From contig JAUCBJ010001527.1 of the NCBI GenBank assembly GCA_032718475.1, positions 1 through 35,395 of the forward strand: a stretch of 35,395 bases of DNA. Reading direction: 5' to 3'. The translations under genes and the position numbers were made by a program. Position 1 is the stretch's first letter. Every line of letters starts with the position of its first letter. The notes under the pieces are model-generated. The model saw nothing but the letters and a program-made list of their open reading frames with translations, had not been told where the DNA came from and ran no database searches. Origin of the DNA: Nemertoderma westbladi (lineage: Eukaryota; Animalia; Xenacoelomorpha). This document shows, in pieces, positions 10,440 through 19,354 of this stretch.

Positions 10440-10826
10440 GGTGGTGGGTGTGAGTGGGTAGGAAAGTAATGAGGTGGGTGCGTGTGGGTAGGATAGGAAG
10501 GTAATGTGGTGGGTGTTGTGGGTAGGAAGGTAATGAGGTGGGTGTGAGTGGGTATGAAGGTGATATGGTGGGTGTGAGTGGATAGGAAGCTAATATGGTG
10601 GGTGTGAGTGGGTAGGAAGGTAATGAGGTGGGTGTGAGTGGGTAGGAAGGTAATGGAGTGGGTGTGAGTGGGTAGGAAGGTAATGAAGTGGGTTTGAGTG
10701 GGTAGGAAGGTAATGAGGTGGGTGTGAGTGGGTAGGAAGGTGATGAAGTCGGTTTGAGTGGGTAGGAAGGTAATGAGGTGGGTGTGACTGGGTAGGAAGG
10801 TAATATGCTCATGGTGGGTGTGAGTG
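10440..10826. repeat. 30-bp G-rich minisatellite, ~12-13 copies
   Basis: Unit GGTAATGAGGTGGGTGTGAGTGGGTAGGAA repeated in register. Confidence 0.95.
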
Positions 10827-11550
10827 GTGCTATTGCGCACTCTGAGTACCACCAATGACAAGAAAATGGCCAAATTGACCCATTAGAATAAATTTTTGGA
10901 CAACATGAATCGGCGGAATCGATTTCTAACGTATAAAATAGTCGGAAACCACTTTCAGATTAAATAGTTGAAAATAGTAAGACGCCCCTATTATCTTTGC
11001 CAATAATTTTTTCCCCTCCATCTTGTAATTTTAATATTCATTTCCAAATCAAACTTGTGCTAAATATATCAGTGCTATTTTAATTTGTGTTTATTAGTTG
11101 TTAATTAACAATTTATTCGGATATTAAATTTATCGTCCGTTGGTTACATTATATAATAATGTTTTTTCTTTATTATAGTATCAACAAACACCGTCAAGAA
11201 AGTAAAATCAATTTCAATCATAATGTCATGGATCTAAGCGATGTAAAAAGCGACGCGTAAGTGATTGTGTGGTGTAGTTATGTTGGCATCTGTTATTGTT
11301 ACAGTACGTGTATAGCACGTAGTGACTCCCCCCAGAAATAATAACATTTATTTCAAATATTGACAAAACCCATTTTAAACGGGTATATATATATTATAAA
11401 TCAACTCAAACGATTTATAAATAGTAGGCCTGCCATACAACAACTAGGTCTCAATATCAGTTGGACTACTGCTTAAATAACGGTAATAAAGTAAGTTAAA
11501 GTAACTAAGTAACCTTTAAAATTCAGAAATTCAATTATTTAAATAATTGA

Positions 11551-11823
11551 TATACCGGTATTCACGATAGGCCTATTATCTTTATTTCTATAAATTTAGG
11601 CTGAAATTATACCGGTATTCTGTAATTAATTCTAGTCCAGAATTATACTTATATACTATAAGTGTAGGCTGTATACCGGTATTCACGATAGGCCTATTAT
11701 ATATTTATATATATTTGTGCTAAAATTATATACCGGCATTCTGTGACAAACCTAGTTTACAATACTTATATAGCCGGTAAGTGTATACCGGTATTCTAAT
11801 ATACTGTAATTAATTACCGGTAC
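11551..11823 (+). repeat. ~121-bp degenerate tandem repeat with TACCGGTA palindromes, probably the BEL 5' UTR
   Basis: TATACCGGTATTCACGATAGGCCTATTAT at 11551 and 11672, with further TACCGG motifs at ~11610, 11731, 11786 and 11816. Confidence 0.75.
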
Positions 11824-11902
11824 TAGGCCAACGGTCATACTGAATTACTAGACTTGCTTTAACTGTAACTATAGCAGTAAGCATTCAACTGTATAGCTAA
11901 GC

Positions 11903-14412
11903 ATGTCTGACACTAAGCAAAACCTGTCAGACAGTCTAATCGATACAACCATCTGTGACACAGATAGGAGTGTGGAGCGATTAAGAAAGGGGTTCAGCTC
12001 ACCTCCTACTGAAAGAAAAGTCATCCCTCCAGTAGTAGTATCAGACCCTAGGCTAATCCAATACCGTAGGTCTATCATCGGCACTCGGGCCCAAGTCAAA
12101 CGGAACCAGGAAGCAGCTGTCCAACAGCAGCAACATCCTAGTCAAGAAACTTATTCCCAGCGACCCGATAGCTCCAGTAGTTCGGATACTGTAGAGCTGA
12201 CCCCCGAACGCGGAGTACAGATGGCGGCTACAGCCTACTCGGATCCCCTTCTCACCCTTCCTGCCGCAGTATTAACAACTATATTCATTGCGGTGGAGGA
12301 ACACCAAGTCGATTGGGCGAGAAGTAAGCGAGCGACCCAAGATAGTTATGCGGGATACGCCAGGGAAGAATTGATGTCTATTGTCGAGTCACAATGGAAT
12401 TTCCCGGACCCGGACTCCCGTTAGATTTGTCCGAAGCTACTTGGGAAGACATACACAGGATGGGAGTGACTAAAGATACGATGGATCCAGCTGTTTGGAA
12501 GAGGTCGGCAGCAGGATATGTGCAGGGATTCTTCGGCTCCTTAGAGCGATTAGAAGAACAACTGTTTCGACAACCCCAAGGACCTCAAGAGCAGGAAGAG
12601 CTGCTATATCAAGTACGCGAAAGAACCCTACGCATTAGACTAATCCTATCAGCCTTTGAGGAAACTTCCAAAAGAAGACAGGACACGTCGCTGCAGGTTG
12701 CTGTCAAGACTTGGTTCCAGCGGGTAGGTCTCAAAGTACAAGAAACGGCCCAGTGGAAATCCCAGCTGGCTGAGAGACCAACCTATGAAGAACCAACCGA
12801 TGCCACCCTTTCTCAAGAGGAAAGCGAAGGGACGGCAGAGAGACCGCGAACGAGAGACGCCATCGACATCTATCTGTCAGACTATCAACGCTTCTTGGGT
12901 GATGAAGAGTTGAGGAGAAGACTGGCTGGACTTCGCCCCAATAGTGAAGGAGCCAAGCTTGTGTTGGACTCAATAGATGCGGAAATGTTAGCTGCAAACC
13001 AAGCTAAATTTGATGAAAAACTCCGCCTCGCTAGAGTCCAAGAAGAACAAGTAAAGAAAAGACGGATAGAGGACCAAAAGGCAGCGGCCATGGCAGAAGC
13101 AGAAGCGGAAAGAAAGGCGGCAAAGGCAGTGGCAGAAGCAGAACGGAGAGCGTCTGAGCAGACTACCCAACTGGAGTTGGAAAATCTGCAAGAGACGCAA
13201 GACAACATAAATAAACAGTTAACTGCTAGTCAAATGCAGATGATGAGACGATCTACTCCCAAACGCCAGGGATACACATCATCGGAGGAAAGCGAAACCA
13301 CCGATCCTGAAGGCGGAGGAAATAGATCTCGTCTAAGCAGGCGTAGAAAAACATCTCACCGTCACAAATTGCCTGATTTGCCCCCAGTTGTTAGAAGACA
13401 ACTAGCTAGCACAGACTTAAGTAGTATAGAACCTACAGACCAAATTATTAAGGCCAAAAGACTCCCTACTATAGTTGATGAGCCTGAAATAATTAGGCCT
13501 GTCATTCCCAAAGCCACTCCTGTGCTAGAGACCCCTGTACTTCCAGAGCTTAACTCTAAATTCCCTTTACACAGTACTACACTGCCTGTACCCGGTAGAA
13601 CAGTCCATGAGAATATCCCTGTCCTGGGCACTGAGAGAGAAATCAAGGATTTGTCTCCCGTCGTCCCGCGTCGGCCCGCTACAATGTTGGCGACTCCCGC
13701 TTCGGCGGTCGAGTGGGTAGAGGAGGGACGTCGGGGGATGAATCTCCTGCTCGGACAGATGCAGGAGACTGTCCACCAACTTAAGGGAACAGTAAGGGAA
13801 GGTAGGGCAGAATTGCAAGAAGTGCAGCAAAGTATCGCGCTAGAACGCGACAAATTAGTCAATATACAAAAGGGTATACCAATACCCCCAGTAACATAGT
13901 ATCAACCTGTTAGGTCTGAAGTATTACATGCGCAAGGTGTGGAGCCTACACGCATCTATACTGCTAGTGAAGTAGAAACTCCTATATCAAACCCTATTAA
14001 GGGTGATTATAAACCTGTTGTTAATGATATTCCCTATAGACCTGATAATGATCCGAGAAATTTATATACCGATAATTCGATATTAAATAACACGATGGCC
14101 CAAGAAAGCTTTACGCGTCAGATGGCTAGAACAGAAGCCCGCCAAGCGGTCAAAGTGGGAGAGATCGTCAAATTCAATGGGGATGAGATGAAATGGTTAC
14201 CTTTCAATGAATATTACAAAGACAGCATACAGAACTCTGTACTATCTAACGGAGGGAAACTTAGGTTCCTCATCAAGTGTTTGGAAGGACCTCCCAAGTT
14301 GATGGCGTTAAAGTTTATTGGACATCCAGAAGGATTAAGACAAGTTTGGGATACATTAAACATCAGGTATGGTAACAAGGATAACATAGCTAAGTATTTG
14401 TATGTGCAGTGA
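11903..14412 (+). pseudogene. gag: BEL/Pao gag region with a long coiled-coil N-terminal extension; frameshift (~12415), in-frame TAG (13897-13899), truncated
   Basis: The last piece has the BEL gag (DUF1759-like) motif KFNGDEMKWLPF...KLRFLIKCLEG...WDTLNIRYG. ORF 13939 is in frame with ORF 12394 across a single TAG. Confidence 0.8.
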
Positions 14413-17400
14413 CTGAGAGAACGTATTACTTAACACATCATTACGTTCCCAAACCCGGTAAACCCCATGAAGTACGAGTCGTATTCGATGGCTCCGCTCT
14501 ATATATGGGCCAATCCCTCAATTCCGAGTTGTTACCAGGACCCAACTTACTCCAATCTTTGTTGGGAATACTTTTAAGATTAAGACAATATTCCATCGCG
14601 TTCGCCTCCGATATAGAAGGAATGTTCTTACAAGTCAAGGCGCTGGATAGAGATAGAGACAGCCTGAGATTTCTGTGGTGGCCTGAAGAAGATCTCAACC
14701 AGAAACCGGTAGAGTACTGGATGACCACCCAGGCTTTTGGGATCATATCAAGCCCTTCCAACGCCTGCTCCGTGGTGCGGACCACTGCGAATGACAACCG
14801 AGATGCCTTCTCCAAAGAGGTGATAGACAACATCAAACGTAATATATACATGGACGACAATTTAAGGTCCCTTCCATCAGTAGAAGAAGCCATTGATGTC
14901 GCGAAAGGAACGGTAGAGTGTTTGAAAAGAGGTGGATTTCGACTGACGAAATTCACCAGCAACTCCCGTGAGTTTCTGGAAGCGATACCGGTAGAAGACC
15001 GAGGAGCGAAAGACCTAGACTTAATAAAGGATGATCTTCCAGAAACCAAGATGCTTGGCTTGAAGTGGGACACTGAAAAAGATATCCTGTTTTTTCAGCT
15101 AAAACAGCGAGATAATCCAGTTCGGACCAAACGGATTTGTTTAAGTATCCTGAGCACTTATTTCGACCCATTGGGATTTATTAGCCCAGTTATATTGATT
15201 GCTCGGAGTTTAGTACAACAAATGTGGCTTGAAAACCACTCATGGGACGATTCACTTAAGGGAGAACTGTTAAAGAAATGGATGAAATGGGAAGATTCTC
15301 TACCTGCCATCGAGAGCTTTATAATTTCCCGTGCATATTTTGGTCATGTTCTTCCTACATATTCCTATCAACTCCATGTGTTTGGAGACGCCAGCGACAT
15401 GGGAATAGGTATAGTAGCATATCTGCGAGTCGAAACTCCGGATGGAATCAAAGTCGCCTTGGTTACCTCTAAGGCATTGATTAACAACAAGTTAAAGGTT
15501 CCTCGAGCGGAGTTAAAGGCGGCTTTATACGCTACAGCCATCGGCCGGAACGTAACAGAACAAATCGACTATCCACTGGAGAAAACTGTTTATTGGACCG
15601 ACGCTTTACTCGTGTTGGAGTATCTAACCAATGAAGTCTGTCAGTTCAGCGTTTTTGTTACTAACAGGGTAGCTATTATTCTTAGTCGCACAAAGATAGA
15701 TCAATGGAGACATTGCCCTGGTACGATTAATCCAGCCGATATCGCCTCCAGGGGAGCGACTCCACAGGAACTGATAGATACTCCAGACTGGTTGGGTGGA
15801 CCCGACTTCCTGAGTAAGGAAGAGGATGAATGGCCTCCTCACCTTACTACGGCAGAGATTAGACAAGCCAAGGGAGCGGAGAAAGTCAAACCTAAAACCC
15901 GGGCGAGTAAATCGAAGTTATTTAAACCGACGATCGATCTATCTGTATTACATACTTCCGGAAAAGATGCTTCGGATCCACAATCCCTCGCCACAAATAA
16001 GTCTGTTGTGGAAATTAGAGATAGAGATTGGAAATCTGGAATACCAGACGTCTCGCAAGGAATCTCACCCCTGCTGCAGAGAGCAATGCATCACTACAGT
16101 TCCTGGAATCGGCTCTGTAAAGCCGTCACGTATTTAAGGAGATGTTTTCATCATCACTACTCCAGGACGAAGACCATTAGTGATACCGCTCCATTGACAT
16201 CTGCGCAAGTTCATGTTATTAAAAATTTACCCAAATATAAGACATCCGACCGGTTTCTAAAGGAGAAAATTAGTTACCAGGAGCATGAAGAAACCAATAA
16301 GCAGATACTGAGACTCCTGCAATGCTATGAGGATTCCGATAAGTATTTCCTGTTGTTGAGAAATCCGCAGATGCGCTTAAGGGATCGATTCTCTAGCACA
16401 ATGATAGATGGGTTAATACGTGTTGGAGGAAGGCTCACCAATGCGCCATTATCCTTTGACACTAAATTCCCCATACTCATTAGAAATCTTGAAGTACAAA
16501 TCAAGATGATTGTAGATGTTCACAGCAAACTTTATCATGCTGGTAGAGAACGAGTTCTTAGCGAAATTCGAACTCGCTATTATTTTGATAAACCCCGTAG
16601 AGCTCTGAACCAAGTTCTTAGGAACTGCATACCCTGTAGGAAAGCATTCAGTAGGCCTTTAACACAGCGAGAGGCAGAATTACCTAGGGAACGAGTAAGC
16701 TTCTATGAACCACCTTTTACTAATACTGGTGTAGATTTATTTGGCCCTATTGAAGTATATCGTGCTAGGACTATAGTCAAGAGATGGTGTGTCATCTTCG
16801 TATGCATGACTTGTAGAGCCGTCCATCTCGATATGGTGAACGATCTATCTACCAACAGCTTCGTCTTAAGTTTACGCCGACAGATCGCTCGCTTCGGGAC
16901 GAGTAATACCATGAGATCGGATAAGGGAACGAACTTCATTGGTGCCAACAACGAAATACAGGCTTACATGAAGGACTGGAACCAAAGACAGGTGGACGAT
17001 CAGCTAAGGATAACAGCGTCTAGCTGGACCTTCAACGCCGCCGACGCCCCTTGGTGGGGAGGAAGTTGGGAGAGATTAATTAGAAGTGTCAAGACCGCAT
17101 TTCACTTTATAGTGCCATGCCGCGCGTATCTCACCGACGAACTTTTGCGGACGTTAATGGAGGAAATAGCTGCCTATCTCAACGAGAGACCGCTTATGCC
17201 AGTCTCATCGAGTCCCGATTCCCTGGAAGCGCTAACACCCGCGCACTTCCTACTGAAGAAACCTGTAGCCATGCTCCCACGATCGGAGATTACCGATGGA
17301 GACGAATACTGCCGTCGAACTTGGCAACTTATGCAGTTGCTATCCCGTCGTTTCGCTGACCATTTCGAGAAACATTATCTGCCCACGCTACAACTTCGAA

Positions 17401-17732
17401 CTAAGTGGTTTGCGCAGCAAGAAAACGTCAGCGCCGGAGATATGGTGCTTATTGTAGATTCAGACCTTCCACGTAAATGGCGGCAGACAGGTCGTATCAT
17501 CGAGACTCACATCTCGGATGATGGTTTAGTACACTCGGTAGAACTCGTCGTCATGCGGCGTAACTTCAAGAAGCCAGGCATAATCTTTGAGACGCAACAA
17601 CTCAACCACCCAGTTGGTCGTTTATGTTTACTGGAAAGAGACAGAGAACTCTCCGGAAACTATGGAAGGCAAGACACTCTTCCCACGACCACCTCCCTAA
17701 TTCCTCAAACATCTAGGGACTCCCCAACGTGA
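14409..17732 (+). CDS. pol: BEL/Pao Pol remnant: RT, RNase H, integrase and C-terminal DUF5641-like region (protease missing)
   Basis: VRVVFDGSA, SLNSELLPGPNL, DIEGMFLQV, YMDD, FGDAS, PRAEL, NPADIASRG, HAG..CIPC, GVDLFGP, SDKGTNF, GGSWERLI. Confidence 0.95.
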   Translation: MTERTYYLTHHYVPKPGKPHEVRVVFDGSALYMGQSLNSELLPGPNLLQSLLGILLRLRQYSIAFASDIEGMFLQVKALDRDRDSLRFLWWPEEDLNQKPVEYWMTTQAFGIISSPSNACSVVRTTANDNRDAFSKEVIDNIKRNIYMDDNLRSLPSVEEAIDVAKGTVECLKRGGFRLTKFTSNSREFLEAIPVEDRGAKDLDLIKDDLPETKMLGLKWDTEKDILFFQLKQRDNPVRTKRICLSILSTYFDPLGFISPVILIARSLVQQMWLENHSWDDSLKGELLKKWMKWEDSLPAIESFIISRAYFGHVLPTYSYQLHVFGDASDMGIGIVAYLRVETPDGIKVALVTSKALINNKLKVPRAELKAALYATAIGRNVTEQIDYPLEKTVYWTDALLVLEYLTNEVCQFSVFVTNRVAIILSRTKIDQWRHCPGTINPADIASRGATPQELIDTPDWLGGPDFLSKEEDEWPPHLTTAEIRQAKGAEKVKPKTRASKSKLFKPTIDLSVLHTSGKDASDPQSLATNKSVVEIRDRDWKSGIPDVSQGISPLLQRAMHHYSSWNRLCKAVTYLRRCFHHHYSRTKTISDTAPLTSAQVHVIKNLPKYKTSDRFLKEKISYQEHEETNKQILRLLQCYEDSDKYFLLLRNPQMRLRDRFSSTMIDGLIRVGGRLTNAPLSFDTKFPILIRNLEVQIKMIVDVHSKLYHAGRERVLSEIRTRYYFDKPRRALNQVLRNCIPCRKAFSRPLTQREAELPRERVSFYEPPFTNTGVDLFGPIEVYRARTIVKRWCVIFVCMTCRAVHLDMVNDLSTNSFVLSLRRQIARFGTSNTMRSDKGTNFIGANNEIQAYMKDWNQRQVDDQLRITASSWTFNAADAPWWGGSWERLIRSVKTAFHFIVPCRAYLTDELLRTLMEEIAAYLNERPLMPVSSSPDSLEALTPAHFLLKKPVAMLPRSEITDGDEYCRRTWQLMQLLSRRFADHFEKHYLPTLQLRTKWFAQQENVSAGDMVLIVDSDLPRKWRQTGRIIETHISDDGLVHSVELVVMRRNFKKPGIIFETQQLNHPVGRLCLLERDRELSGNYGRQDTLPTTTSLIPQTSRDSPT

Positions 17733-18246
17733 TACGTCTGGAGTGGGTGCATGACTATATTATTCTATCTATTTTTATTATTTTTATATGCGAACATTAT
17801 TATGTACTTTATTATAATCGTTTTTATTCAATTTTATTTAGTAGAAGGTTATTTTAGATTATTTGGTAGATTAGTGCAATATATTAGTGTTTATTACGTA
17901 ATTACATATATATAATATATATTTAGTGTGACGGCGAGAAATAATTTTTCTCTTTCCTTCCTGTCTGTATCATATTATAAATACGTGACTACAGTAAGAT
18001 GAAATGTCCGTACTTATTAAAGCACAATAAAGCTCCTACTATATTTAAGTATTATTGGTAGGCAGAGTATTAGGAATGCAAAGTTCAGATCCTCGTGTCT
18101 CGGCTAAACCAAGCTCTGGGTAGACCTTGGAAACGACTTGCCTCTTCACACTGACATTGCTTCGTGCGATATTGCTCTTCTACTTTATATTAAATAATAC
18201 ATATAGTAGCGTGATGTCCCTATAACAGTAGCGTAAAACGCAAAAT

Positions 18247-18545
18247 AAATCTGTTAAACCTTTGACCATCTGTAATTCTAGTCGATTAAGATATCGCGGC
18301 ACCCACTGATATACTTGAAAGACAAATTCTAGAATCAGTGGTTAACGTCCCCAGACAAGTTCTGGAATAAATCGGTGCCCATCTTAAATATTAATTTAAT
18401 ATTTATTAAAATCTGTAAAATTCAGATCCTTTAAAATTTCTAGTCAATTAAGATATCGCAGCACTTACCGATACTCTTAAAAGACAATTTTATAGAATTC
18501 AGGATCCTCAGTTCCCAGACATGCTCTGGAATAAAAATTGTGTCA
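18247..18545 (+). repeat. Two diverged direct copies of a ~160-bp unit
   Basis: TTCTAGTC(G/A)ATTAAGATATCGC(G/A)GCAC...AAAGACAA...CCCAGACA..TCTGGAATAAA occurs twice, starting at ~18276 and ~18438. Confidence 0.8.
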
Positions 18546-19169
18546 ATTTTAACATCAAATAATAAAATTCACGGGAATAAATTTAAATTCATATTTTAAA
18601 TGAATTTCATAAATTGTCATTTTGTGCAATTTATAACATTCCCAAAATTCCATTAATTAATAGATCATGGGAGCGGAGATTCATCCTATTGAGTGTATTA
18701 GAGTGCGAGAATCTCCGACATATAGTCAATAGCCGATAAAATTAATAAAATCATGTATAAAGAGGATATTGACAATTAAAGAATTACTATTAAATAGCAT
18801 TCCAGATCTGTATGCATGAGAATTACCCTAATTCTACCGCTAGCTTTCCATAATGTCACCATAGCAACACCCACGCTAGAATTAGAAGCAAGTTAAAAGA
18901 ACAATAGAAAGCTTGTCCCATTGCATAGCATAGAGAATACATAGCACACTGTTAGTATCCAAGGATACACAGTAATAACGTGACATTCTGGAAGGCACTG
19001 ACTAACGGACAAATGGCCTGTATGTGTACAATTGGTGACAGTTGTGTGGAATTTGTGCGTTTATAGGTGAATGTTACTGCTAAAGTATGTTTACAGTAGC
19101 TAGTCGCAATTGTGAAAGTAACCCAACTCTCCTATAGAAAGAACCTAAAGTGGATCCAAGCCTTTGGGA

Positions 19170-19274
19170 CGGACAGTGGAGTGACTTGTGCCGGTTATCG
19201 TTGTCGTGCTGTTGCTACATGTTGGCGTAAACACCGCGACGACGGTACATCGGCGCTGAGAATCCCACTGTCCG
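19170..19274 (+). ncRNA. Predicted ~105-nt long RNA hairpin upstream of the extra ORF
   Basis: Nested helices CGGACAGTGG/CCACTGTCCG, GTGCCGGT/ATCGGCGC, TATCGTTGTCGTG/CGCGACGACGGTA, TGTT/AACA and GCTA/TGGC; non-Watson-Crick positions within the helices are G-U. Confidence 0.65.
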
Positions 19275-19354
19275 GGGGCAACGAGAGGTAGGCAGCGACG
19301 CCCGCTAGCCTAAACATAAACTCATTTTGATATTAATAAACTCAGATAGCAGAT

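Noticed and set aside
10429-10873. Pro/Thr/His-rich ORFs of 127 and 146 aa
   Set aside because: Artefacts of translating a 30-bp minisatellite.
7049-17359. Many 60-210 aa ORFs overlapping gag/pol antisense or out of frame
   Set aside because: Shadow ORFs of long coding regions with no recognisable motifs.
17740-18070. GGAGTGGG..TG after pol as a PPT/LTR and TGGTAGGCAGAG (~18056) as a PBS
   Set aside because: No upstream copy, no CA end before the TGG, and only an imperfect tRNA-iMet match. Not excluded without other copies.
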